A stretch of DNA of 32,000 nt from Candidatus Lokiarchaeum ossiferum (GCA_025839675.1 CP104013.1:2700001-2732000), one strand, 5' to 3'; numbered from the stretch's first letter, positions 8,488 through 17,494 are shown. Notes: generated by a model not told the origin, from the sequence alone. Translations and numbers: made by a program.

Positions 8488-9702
8488 TTACTTCTCTTTT
8501 CTTAATATACGAGAAGCTATATTATTCATTAAAGGAGTATATTCTCGAATTTGGGAGAGATTTGGTTCTCTAAAGGGAATTATTTCCAAAATACCCGCCT
8601 TTAATTTGTATTCATTTAATAAATCGATAAAATTCTCATCCTCAGCCAAAAAAGAGGGTACATCCAAAACACCACGGGCTAAATTCAAGCCAATCATAGA
8701 TTCAGGCATCCCTGCAGATTCCAAAAGAGCTAAATTCAATTGTGAGAGCTCACTCGCAGCTCCTTCAATCCGTATAAATAATAGACATCCATCTTCATTA
8801 ACAACTTCGTAAGGAAATCGTATTTTATTCGCTCTGCGAAGATAGCGTTGTCGGATTTGTACACTATCTTTTGATAATACGGAGCAAAAATGAATAGATA
8901 AACCTCCACGGGGAGAAAATTCAGATAAAAACTTGTTAGCATATTCATGAGAATGCGCAACCGTTGCTAAAGAATTTTCTTTGAGTGTAAATCCTCGAGC
9001 AATCAGAGCATCTCGATTGGTAGCACACATCTCAAACTCATTTAGATTTAGAAAGTCTGCTCCAATCATATCAAGGTGATCTGCTAAATGCAATAAATAT
9101 GCATGATTTTCGAGAGTCGGTATCACAGGAACTTCTGCTGCAACAGTATAGTGTCTACCGGTAGCAAATTCTAAGCGATGAAAATCTTTTTCTGCGGGAT
9201 GAAAACGTAAATCGTCTAACCCCGCTTGTTCGAGTTTATCGGCAGTAAGATTATCAAAAACGGTACCAGAAGTATACAAATGCACATGAAATTCATCTGT
9301 CAGTTCAATTTTAATAGCTTTAATAATAGCACACACCCAATCAACTTTTGCGGAAGTGGAAAGTGGGTCACCTCCAGTGATGCTCATCCCCGCAGCATCC
9401 ATTGCTTTAGCTTCTAAAACTAATTGTTTTACTACAGCAGTAAGGTTCGTAGGGTTTTTAATTGGTAGCTCATTAATAAAATGGGCGGAACTAGACTTCC
9501 GTTCATCGGAGAGAGGGCAATACCATTTACAACGTGAAGGAAGCGAACAATCTCCTCCCATGAAATACACCATTTTCATGCCATGAATACAGAGGCGACA
9601 GCCTTCGGGAAGAGAACCTTGCACCCAACTTCCAGCTACGGATGGAGTTATTGGAGAATCAATAAGGTGAATATTTTTATCTTTTGGTGTCATTTTCATC
9701 AT
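8488..9702 (-). CDS. radical-SAM-like Fe-S enzyme (PFL-activase-related, COG2108-like) with a non-canonical Cys motif
   Basis: Cys cluster CRLC...CSLPSRCKWYC (CX2C then CX5CX3C), followed about 45 aa later by SITGGDPL (a GGE-type SAM motif) and a TIM-barrel-like alternation. Confidence 0.55.
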   Translation of the reverse strand: MMKMTPKDKNIHLIDSPITPSVAGSWVQGSLPEGCRLCIHGMKMVYFMGGDCSLPSRCKWYCPLSDERKSSSAHFINELPIKNPTNLTAVVKQLVLEAKAMDAAGMSITGGDPLSTSAKVDWVCAIIKAIKIELTDEFHVHLYTSGTVFDNLTADKLEQAGLDDLRFHPAEKDFHRLEFATGRHYTVAAEVPVIPTLENHAYLLHLADHLDMIGADFLNLNEFEMCATNRDALIARGFTLKENSLATVAHSHEYANKFLSEFSPRGGLSIHFCSVLSKDSVQIRQRYLRRANKIRFPYEVVNEDGCLLFIRIEGAASELSQLNLALLESAGMPESMIGLNLARGVLDVPSFLAEDENFIDLLNEYKLKAGILEIIPFREPNLSQIREYTPLMNNIASRILRKEK

Positions 9703-9725
9703 TTTTTTTAGTAAAATTCATTAGC

Positions 9726-10436
9726 TTACCGATTTAATCTTCGACGAATCATAGGATTCTTTCGAGCAAGATTTCTTAGCGTTTCTTCGATATTTTCGGA
9801 CAAAGCCAGAGAGTGATTCAAAAAGACTCCTGTACGACCCACTTTATCCCGCCGAGTTAAAACTCGCATTCGCTGCGAAACCATAGAAGCAGAAACCCCA
9901 ACAACTTTTGCAATAAGATGTGCGTTATTCTCAATAGAACGCTCAACGTGACCAGTTTCGGTAGGTTGAATTAATACTAAACGCTTATCTACTCCAGGCA
10001 CCCGAATATTATCTTGTAGTTGGTTGAAGGAGAGGGCTCCCCCAAACTTATAAAACTCAAAGGGCATTGAAGTAAAATCAGTTAACAATAGAGTAAGGCA
10101 AATCTCCCCTTCCAACTCAAAATGAGCTTTGATGACATCATTTGGAGTTGCTTGAATTAGTTTTTTAGAGATAAGCGGAAATGGAATTTCATCAAGAATT
10201 AATTCAACACGATAACTTGGAATGAGAGTAGTTAGAATAATATCTATATCGCTTGTTGGTTTGACATCTCCTCGTGCAATAGAACCATAAGTAAGCGTAT
10301 CAAACCCATGACGGGCAAATGCTTGAGTTACTTCAATCGCCCGAGAGCGTATCGAATTTAGCAAATCCCAATGATCCGGGGTGTAAATAATCTGAGATTC
10401 TTCATGTTGCTTGACTTTCATTCGTGGCATATTCAT
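9726..10436 (-). CDS. Pol-beta superfamily nucleotidyltransferase with a basic helix-turn-helix-like C-terminus
   Basis: NTase motif YGSIARGDVKPTSDIDI (GS...DxD). C-terminal IAKVVGVSASMVSQRMRVLTRRDKV. The track ORF starts at 10493 and overlaps the upstream gene. ATGs at 10436 and 10430, just past the upstream stop at 10444, are more plausible starts. Confidence 0.65.
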   Translation of the reverse strand: MNMPRMKVKQHEESQIIYTPDHWDLLNSIRSRAIEVTQAFARHGFDTLTYGSIARGDVKPTSDIDIILTTLIPSYRVELILDEIPFPLISKKLIQATPNDVIKAHFELEGEICLTLLLTDFTSMPFEFYKFGGALSFNQLQDNIRVPGVDKRLVLIQPTETGHVERSIENNAHLIAKVVGVSASMVSQRMRVLTRRDKVGRTGVFLNHSLALSENIEETLRNLARKNPMIRRRLNR

Positions 10437-10443
10437 CACATGG

Positions 10444-11376
10444 TTAAACTTCATATAAAAATTGAGCAATATATCCCAAGACAACGGTTTCATTGCGAAA
10501 GAAACACCAATTTCCTTTTGTAAACGTGATACATTGGATATTTGGTACCGTAAGCGTTTGTTCCATCCAATCTTGCTGCACTTTTAAAAACTTGGGAGAG
10601 ATCCAAGTAAAACTTGGATTGATAAAACGAATAGAATCTTTGAAGAGAGTGGGGGATGGTAAAGATTGCATATCTACTGATATATTTAGTTTGGAATTAA
10701 GAGGAAATAATGAGAAATACCAAGAACTATATTTTGAAAGTTTTTTGCGTGAAATCCAAGGATATGTGAACGGCAGTAAATGATTGCTTGGCTGAATAAA
10801 ATTCCAATTTAATGTAGGACGTATAAAAATCCATTTCAGCTTCAATTTTTCTCTTTCCAGTGTGGAAATATTGGAATAGATCTGCATGATAGGAGAAATT
10901 GCATAATCAAAAGCAATCACCTTTGATATTTTTAATTCTTGTAGGATAGTTTGGAATGTTTTAGAAGATCCATGAGCATTGGGAAAGAGTTTACAAAGCT
11001 GATCCGCCGAAATTGTTATGACATCAAACCCCAAGAGAGCTAAACTCATAGATAAATAATATTTCTGCTGAGTTTTAGCAAATATTGGGGGAAAAAATAA
11101 GATTTTGGGGCAAGAATTTTGATTAATCGGTCGATATGGAACATTTTTTGCTGTCACTTGTGAAGTTTTTTCTCGATTTGGAGAAGATTTAACATAGCAG
11201 GGAATTTTTTGATCTTGAAAATGCCAATATTCCTCGTGTACATGGCTTACTTCAATTGGGCCCCACCGATGTCTTCGGCGTAATAATCTTAAGATGAATA
11301 TTAGAATAATAATAATAATAATTTGTATCGGCATCCATACCAACCAATTCACCGTCACCCAATTAAAGAAAATCAT
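10444..11376 (-). CDS. N-terminally membrane-anchored hypothetical protein
   Basis: 310-aa ORF. One N-terminal TM helix (WLVWMPIQIIIIIILIFIL) followed by RLLRRRHR. The remainder is soluble-looking with no motif I recognise. Confidence 0.5.
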   Translation of the reverse strand: MIFFNWVTVNWLVWMPIQIIIIIILIFILRLLRRRHRWGPIEVSHVHEEYWHFQDQKIPCYVKSSPNREKTSQVTAKNVPYRPINQNSCPKILFFPPIFAKTQQKYYLSMSLALLGFDVITISADQLCKLFPNAHGSSKTFQTILQELKISKVIAFDYAISPIMQIYSNISTLEREKLKLKWIFIRPTLNWNFIQPSNHLLPFTYPWISRKKLSKYSSWYFSLFPLNSKLNISVDMQSLPSPTLFKDSIRFINPSFTWISPKFLKVQQDWMEQTLTVPNIQCITFTKGNWCFFRNETVVLGYIAQFLYEV

Positions 11377-11416
11377 CTTGATTCACACTCCATCTGCATA
11401 TATGATTAGATTTGTA

Positions 11417-11956
11417 TTACATAAAACTAATCGGTTTTGGAGAAGGTAATATCTTTTGAAAAAAAATATGATTGGTTTCATAAAAAGGGGCCATAACCCC
11501 TCCTTCCATATTGCAAATTTCAGTAGCATCGGAAGATAGGATAGAAAATCCCATTTTCAAATAAGCTTCAATAGCCCATTGTGCGTTCTTATTACTGAAT
11601 AACCGTAAATCGGTGAGCTTATCTTGGTAAGTTCGCATTTCCAAAAATTGCAGCATTTTTTTACCATATCCTTGGCGATGATAACCATCTTGAACAAACA
11701 AATAACCGATGTATGCAAAGGATCCGATTTTTTGGTAAGAACACATGCCCACATATTCTCCTTGATCCCGTGCGACATAAAATTCACGACGAGCAAAATT
11801 TTTTTCAACCCAGGCTTCATCCACTTGATGTTCGGAAATATCTTCTGGATGAACAATGATATCTTTATAAAGGTAAAAATTACTATTAATGATCCTCTGA
11901 ACCTCAACCATTAAAGTACGGGAAGCACGTATGACTGAAAATACCATGTTATCCAT
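11417..11956 (-). CDS. GNAT family N-acetyltransferase
   Basis: Acetyl-CoA-binding motif A: YIGYLFVQDGYHRQGYGKKML (Q/RxxGxG/A). Confidence 0.8.
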   Translation of the reverse strand: MDNMVFSVIRASRTLMVEVQRIINSNFYLYKDIIVHPEDISEHQVDEAWVEKNFARREFYVARDQGEYVGMCSYQKIGSFAYIGYLFVQDGYHRQGYGKKMLQFLEMRTYQDKLTDLRLFSNKNAQWAIEAYLKMGFSILSSDATEICNMEGGVMAPFYETNHIFFQKILPSPKPISFM

Positions 11957-12323
11957 TGATTAAATGCGACTTCAGTTTAAAATTTCATTTTTTATTAAGA
12001 CTTTCATAAGAAATCCACAGAAAAAAATAAAGGTCTCTTAAATATAGATTGTTTCAATATACGTACCATGGAAAGATTCTAAAATTAGGGGTTGTATTTT
12101 AGAAATATCACAATGAATATTGATCAAAAAGAGAATCTTTCTAAAGAAACATCTATTATTCGATAAAATTCCAAATTGAACCTATTTTTAATAATGGGTT
12201 AAGAATGGGAGAGATATTCCATAAAACTTATAAGGCACTTTTGAATTTTTTGGTTATAACCAACTTAAATCTTACGGTTTTTTTTTCTCGAACTAAGATG
12301 GTTTTAATTTTCAGGTAAGAATT

Positions 12324-13244
12324 ATGACAACACCCTATGGACTTAACTTTGATGATTTTGATGATGCCTCCAATGATTGTTGTACTACACCCAATGTGAC
12401 TATAACGGACGATGGATTTCGCGTCTGTCAAAACTGTGGGTTAGTTTTCGGTCAAGAATTTGTATCTTCTGAACGAAGGGCATATACTGCAGATGAAGTG
12501 AAGAATCGACGCCGTACCGAACCTCGTTGGCGAAGTTATGGCCCACGCACGGTGATAGGCATTTCTAAAACTGATTGCAAAGGCGCCACATTAGACAGTA
12601 AACGAGCTCAACTTTTTTCTCGACTATCGAAAATTCAAGGCTCCCTAATCAATAGTATTGAACGAAATTTCTGGGAATCTAAGCCCAAACTAATGAGCCT
12701 TTGTCAAAAATTACAAATACCTCAATTTATCGAGGAAAGTGCATGGAAAATTTATTCTCAAGTCGCTCGACAAAAACTCACCATGGGTCGTTCAATTGAA
12801 TCCTTCGTGACTGCATCATTATACGCAGCCATCCGGATTCACAATTTTCCACGATTATTAGAAGAAATTGTGGAAGTGGCTTTGATCCCCCTCAGATCTG
12901 TCCACCGCAGTTTGGGGTTGATTGTTCGCTTGATTTTGCCACCAATGGGTTTCAAATACAAACCAATTTCACCCAACCCTCTAATTTATCGTTTTGGTGC
13001 AGAATTAGGATTAACCATTACCACCCAAAAGGATGCCTATTCGATTTTACAAACCGCATCAAAACGTGGATTGAAACGTATGGGTAAAGATCCAAAAGGT
13101 ATTGCTGCTGCGGTATTATATCTGGCGGCGAAACAAAATGGAGAGCGAAAAACCCAAACTCAAATTGCAAATATTGCCCGAATTACAGAAGTAACTTTAC
13201 GAACAAGGGCAAAACAAATTCGTGGGCACATATTAGTTCGATAG
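12324..13244 (+). CDS. tfb: transcription initiation factor B (TFIIB homologue), paralogue 1
   Basis: N-terminal zinc-ribbon region CCTTPNVTITDDGFRVCQNCGLV. B-reader/linker SERRAYTADE. Two cyclin-like repeats (GRSIESFVTASLYAAIR; GKDPKGIAAAVLYLAAK; ARITEVTLRTR). Confidence 0.9.
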   Translation: MTTPYGLNFDDFDDASNDCCTTPNVTITDDGFRVCQNCGLVFGQEFVSSERRAYTADEVKNRRRTEPRWRSYGPRTVIGISKTDCKGATLDSKRAQLFSRLSKIQGSLINSIERNFWESKPKLMSLCQKLQIPQFIEESAWKIYSQVARQKLTMGRSIESFVTASLYAAIRIHNFPRLLEEIVEVALIPLRSVHRSLGLIVRLILPPMGFKYKPISPNPLIYRFGAELGLTITTQKDAYSILQTASKRGLKRMGKDPKGIAAAVLYLAAKQNGERKTQTQIANIARITEVTLRTRAKQIRGHILVR

Positions 13245-13421
13245 AGTCTTGCAGATCAGTATCAACATTTTTTTCCTCTTCCTCTATTTTAATAAAAAAA
13301 AACACCCTAAATTTGATTTTCCCGTTTTTCATGGGATTAATATGAAGCATTAAATAGGGTCGAAGCATAGATGTTTATATAAGTATATTTAAAAACACAC
13401 TTGTGTGGAGTTGATTGTTCG

Positions 13422-13559
13422 ATGACAGAAACTGCAGATTTGGTTAAGGAAGAACCAAGAGATAAGGTAGAAATTCGAAAACGATTAATTATTATTGAAA
13501 ATCAAATCAAATGGTTAAAGAAAATTAGAGAAACACTTCAATTGCAGTTAAAGCAATGA
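13422..13559 (+). CDS. candidate 45-aa coiled-coil micro-protein
   Basis: Below the ORF-track cutoff. ATG at 13422, TGA at 13557-13559: MTETADLVKEEPRDKVEIRKRLIIIENQIKWLKKIRETLQLQLKQ (heptad-like). TTTATATAA lies about 45 nt upstream and GGAG about 12 nt upstream. Confidence 0.25.
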   Translation: MTETADLVKEEPRDKVEIRKRLIIIENQIKWLKKIRETLQLQLKQ

Positions 13560-13625
13560 AAATTTTTTACTAAGTTCAATTTTTAAAACAAGAAGGAAAA
13601 AAGAGGTATTCAACCCTTTTATCAT

Positions 13626-14534
13626 TTATAGATAAGATTTAATTTGTTTTACCCGAGTTCGCAAAGTAACTTCAGTGATTCGCGCCACATCGGCGATTTG
13701 GGCTTGTGTACGTTTTTCGTTTGAATTCTTACATGCCATGTATAATGCAGCAGCAGCTAATCCCTTAGGATCCTTACCCATTGATTTTAAACCTGCTTTT
13801 CGACTTTTGTCCAACATACCTGCTGCTTCCGTTTGAGTAGACATCGAAAGTTTTAGCTCATTACCAAATCGATATACCAGTGATTTTGTTGTGACAGGTT
13901 TGTATTTCATTTTCAAAATTGGGAATACATTCCTAACAATTAATCCTAAAGATCGATGGACACTTCGTAATGGAATGATAGCCACTTCAACGATTTCTTC
14001 TAATAATCGTGGAAATTCATGAATTCGAATGGCAGCATACATGGAGGCAGTCACAAAACCATCAATGGAGCGACCCATGGTAAGTTTTTGTCGGGCAACT
14101 TCAGTATAGATTTTCCAGGCAGTTTCTTGGATTTGAGCGGGGATATTTAGTTTCAAACTTAAGGCATTTAATTTTGGCTTAGCTTCCCAGAAGTTCCGTT
14201 CCAGACTCGAAACGAGAGATCCTTGAATTTTACTAAGACGACTAAACAAAGCTTGTTTTTTAGCTCCAAGTTGATGGCCTCGAGCATCAGCTTGAACACC
14301 AGTAATTACTGTACGTGGTCCGAAAGAGCGCCATTTTGGTTCAGTACGGCGACGAGATTGTACTTCTTCGGAGGTATAAGCCCGACGTTCAGAATCAACA
14401 AATGCTTGTCCAAAAGTTAAACCACAATTTTGGCAGACCCGAGTACCATCATCATTAACAATGACATCAGGGCTTGGACAACAAGGTTCATCATCGTCGT
14501 CTTGATCTTTAAACATATTTCTTCGATAGGACAT
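13626..14534 (-). CDS. tfb: transcription initiation factor B (TFIIB homologue), paralogue 2
   Basis: Same architecture as paralogue 1 (PCCPSPDVIVNDDGTRVCQNCGLT; SERRAYTSEE; GRSIDGFVTASMYAAIR; ARITEVTLRTR). Roughly two-thirds identical to paralogue 1 by eye. Confidence 0.9.
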   Translation of the reverse strand: MSYRRNMFKDQDDDDEPCCPSPDVIVNDDGTRVCQNCGLTFGQAFVDSERRAYTSEEVQSRRRTEPKWRSFGPRTVITGVQADARGHQLGAKKQALFSRLSKIQGSLVSSLERNFWEAKPKLNALSLKLNIPAQIQETAWKIYTEVARQKLTMGRSIDGFVTASMYAAIRIHEFPRLLEEIVEVAIIPLRSVHRSLGLIVRNVFPILKMKYKPVTTKSLVYRFGNELKLSMSTQTEAAGMLDKSRKAGLKSMGKDPKGLAAAALYMACKNSNEKRTQAQIADVARITEVTLRTRVKQIKSYL

Positions 14535-15362
14535 AGATTTTCAACACTTATAAGGATTAATAATGAAAGGACAATTATCATGAGATTAAAACGTAATTTT
14601 TAGTAGTTCACCACGAAATTTTCCAGCACATTAATAAATCCATATTCAACTTTTAAATGTTATTTTTAGACATTTTGCAAATTTACAGAATACATTCATG
14701 GTTCACTTTCAAAAAAGTTCAGAATGAACAAATGTTTTTCTAACAAGATAAAGCGTTTTAATCCCCATAGGATTGTTTTCGTTTGAGAATTGATTTAGAC
14801 TCAATGAAAGAATGTGCAACAAAAAGACCTAAGTATATTAAAATTTATACATTTGAAAATTTACATTTTCATAATATTTATATTTCCGAACGTTATATGA
14901 AATACTATAGTGAAATTATTTTTTTTTCTCATAAAAAAATAAAATTTCATGTCTATTGGTGAAACTCAATGTATTATTACTTTGATGAACAGATTAAGTT
15001 AAATGGGAGATTTGTGCATTTTAAAGACACTAAAATTAAAGAAAAACCAAAATTGGCATCCCAGACATATAAAAATGATGTAAATTTTCAGTTCTTGAAA
15101 GTGAAATCAAGTTAAAAAAAACCTAGGTTTCATTATATTTAAATTTTAATTTCCTTAAACAAAAAATCACAGATTAAAAACCCTTAACATCCGCATTTTT
15201 ACCTTTCATAAGATTTTTAAGCATAATTGTATCCAATCTTATTCTTTCTTTCATTTTGAAAATAATGTCTTATTTTACTTATTTTTATTCAAAAATGAAT
15301 ATATTCAGAAAATAGTTTTCATTTTACTAAACACGATTTTTATTGAATTAACTTATTTTCAA

Positions 15363-15375
15363 TTTTGGGCCAAAA
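15363..15375. promoter_or_regulatory. palindrome TTTTGG-g-CCAAAA (TTGG-N-CCAA family)
   Basis: Perfect 6+1+6 palindrome about 300 nt upstream of the SBP-1 start. Same core as 15431-15439 and 17733-17741. Confidence 0.25.
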
Positions 15376-15430
15376 ATAATATTTTGACAAATATTGAAAA
15401 TCAATTTTCCAAAATAATGAATCTGATAAA

Positions 15431-15439
15431 TTGGACCAA
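15431..15439. promoter_or_regulatory. palindrome TTGG-a-CCAA inside a block conserved between the two SBP upstream regions
   Basis: ATAAATTGGACCAACT here versus CATAATTGGGCCAACT at 17728-17743. The surrounding sequence has diverged. Confidence 0.3.
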
Positions 15440-15560
15440 CTTTGAAGTGATTTGGAAAAAAATATCAATCTTCATTATAATTTCAAGCCCTCAACATCAA
15501 TCAATAATTTTCATTATTCAATTACTTTGGCAGACCACATAAATGAAACATAGTTTATAG

Positions 15561-15580
15561 GCGAGGATTTAAATAATAAA
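15561..15580 (+). promoter_or_regulatory. BRE/TATA-like promoter block of SBP-1
   Basis: GCGAGGATTTAAATAATAAA aligns without gaps with GCAAGGATTTATATAGTAAT upstream of SBP-2. The conserved block continues (TTCTATG..TGTTCTTA). Confidence 0.4.
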
Positions 15581-15664
15581 GCTTCTATGATTACAATGTT
15601 CTTAGAAAAAAATTGTTAAAAAAAATGCCTTTTTTTAATAATGAATAAGAACAAAGTGATTGAA

Positions 15665-17413
15665 ATGAAACACACCAAAATGTATGTCGTAATGGCAGCT
15701 CTTCTTTTTAGCACCATGATCCCCTCAATGGTCATGGCAGAAGAAGAAGCAGCCGAACGACCATTTATATATGGGGTGGGTTCCCTAGTAGTGGATTTAG
15801 ATCCACAAACCGCTTGGGACAGTGCCTCCGGAGATATGATTTCTCAAATTAGTGAAGGTCTTCTCTCTTACGATTTAACCGATCCTAATTTGGCCCTCCA
15901 ACCACAGCTTGCCAAAGATTTTGGAAATTGGTCTGAAGATGCAACAGAATACACCATTGAACTCAAACAAGGAGTAAAATTCCATGATGGGGAAGAAATG
16001 ACTGCTGATGATGTTGTATTTACCTTCGATCGATTGAACTATTTCTGTTCTAATGAAACTCCAACCCAAATTGCAGAATTATACGAACCACTAGCTTCTA
16101 TATATCCTGATACACCTCTTTTAATCAACAAAACCGAAGCTATCAACGATTATACTGTGAAATTCACACTTAACTATCCATATGTTGCTTTTGAACCTTT
16201 GTTATGTTTCTATGGATCAGTTATTTTGTCTGAAAAAAGTACACCAGCTAGAGAGTATTTAATTACTGCCACAGACACTTTAATTGGAACGGGCCCATAC
16301 TATCAAGAATCAAATAGTGATCGATTAACCGTCTACAAATATTTTGAAGATTATTATGGGGAACACATTCCTGAGATTAAAGAAATGCACTGGGTGTTAT
16401 ATGACGATGCTACCACTCAAAACCAAGCATTTTTATCCGGTGATGTTGATGCTGTTGATGGAATTAGTTTAGAATTTATGTCAGAATATGAAGGTAGTGA
16501 GTACCACACAGTTGGAGATCGATTGCAATCGACAGTTATTGTTTATTTAGGTATGGATAACACTGTAATCAAGCTTAATACTCGACTTGCTATTCAGGAT
16601 GCTATTAACTACACCTATATTATTGATGAAATTGGAAAGGGTGAACTAGCTCAAATGACTTCTATCGTTCCAAAAGGTATTATGTATCATGATACAAGCA
16701 TTGAAGCGCCCGTTCAAAATCTTACCGCCGCTCGGTTACATATATTAGATGCAATCGCCGCTGGAGAATTAACTGCACCAGCCGGATTTGATTTGGATGA
16801 AACTAGTCCCGATGAAGAATGGGCCGCTGTTGCAATCGAGAGTTATTCCTATACTTACAACACTGGAAACGCTAATCGAGAAGCAGTTGGCGAATTATGC
16901 AAAGCGAACTTAGATAAAATCGGAATCGATGTAGCAGTCAATGGAAAAACGTGGGGAGAATTCCTCAACGATTTAGATGAAGGAAATGTAGAAATTTATA
17001 TGCTTGGATGGGGACCAGACTATAACGATCCTAGCAATTTTATCAACCCCTTGATGTCTAATACATCTTCAGCGAACGCAGCTCACGTTAATGACTCCCA
17101 ATTACAAACTATGATGTCTGATGGTTTAACTGAAACAAATATGACTAAACGTGAAGAGCTCTATCATGAAATTCAGCAATATATTGCATATGATATTGTC
17201 CCATGGGCTTATTTGTATACTGGAAACGCTCGATCAGTTCGTTATAATGGTGCTGAAAATACTTGTCGTAATGCGATGGGAATTCCATATTTCTACCTAT
17301 GGACCTTTGATTACTCTTCAATTCCAAAAGGTATTCCAGGATTTAACATTCTTGCCCTATTTGGTGTTGCAGCAATTACTTTTTCAGCGTTAATTTATAA
17401 AAAACGCCACTAA
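15665..17413 (+). CDS. ABC-type solute-binding protein, family 5 (peptide/nickel/oligosaccharide class), secreted, PGF-CTERM-like anchor; paralogue 1
   Basis: Family-5 signature AKDFGNWSEDATEYTIELKQGVKFHDGEEMTADDVVFTFDRL. Signal peptide MKHTKMYVVMAALLFSTMIPSMVMA. C-terminus GIPGFNILALFGVAAITFSALIYKKRH. The track ORF begins at 15641. I prefer the ATG at 15665 because it is preceded by GTGAT (SD-like) and is the start conserved in paralogue 2. Confidence 0.85.
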   Translation: MKHTKMYVVMAALLFSTMIPSMVMAEEEAAERPFIYGVGSLVVDLDPQTAWDSASGDMISQISEGLLSYDLTDPNLALQPQLAKDFGNWSEDATEYTIELKQGVKFHDGEEMTADDVVFTFDRLNYFCSNETPTQIAELYEPLASIYPDTPLLINKTEAINDYTVKFTLNYPYVAFEPLLCFYGSVILSEKSTPAREYLITATDTLIGTGPYYQESNSDRLTVYKYFEDYYGEHIPEIKEMHWVLYDDATTQNQAFLSGDVDAVDGISLEFMSEYEGSEYHTVGDRLQSTVIVYLGMDNTVIKLNTRLAIQDAINYTYIIDEIGKGELAQMTSIVPKGIMYHDTSIEAPVQNLTAARLHILDAIAAGELTAPAGFDLDETSPDEEWAAVAIESYSYTYNTGNANREAVGELCKANLDKIGIDVAVNGKTWGEFLNDLDEGNVEIYMLGWGPDYNDPSNFINPLMSNTSSANAAHVNDSQLQTMMSDGLTETNMTKREELYHEIQQYIAYDIVPWAYLYTGNARSVRYNGAENTCRNAMGIPYFYLWTFDYSSIPKGIPGFNILALFGVAAITFSALIYKKRH

Positions 17414-17439
17414 GTACTGAAATAAATAATTTTCAATAC

Positions 17440-17448
17440 TTTTTTTTT
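17440..17448 (+). terminator. oligo-T tract (T9) after SBP-1
   Basis: T9 run 27 nt after the stop codon. Archaeal terminators are oligo-T tracts. Confidence 0.35.
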
Positions 17449-17494
17449 CCAATCATACTCATAAAACATGAAATATAACCAAAATTATATTGAT

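Noticed and set aside
8291-8812. Long antisense ORFs in the track. Examples are 8291-8812 (+), 24322-24651 (-), 27960-28199 (-), 11557-11907 (-), 787-1017 (-) and 22282-22503 (+).
   Set aside because: Each lies entirely antisense to or out of frame with a gene carrying strong family motifs. Their translations are low-complexity and motif-free. They are typical shadow ORFs.
14535-15640. The AT-rich desert as a replication origin.
   Set aside because: I could find no repeated ORB/mini-ORB-like boxes in inverted arrangement, and there is no adjacent orc1/cdc6 gene. It cannot be excluded without skew or marker-frequency data, so it is mentioned only as a test in the corresponding finding.
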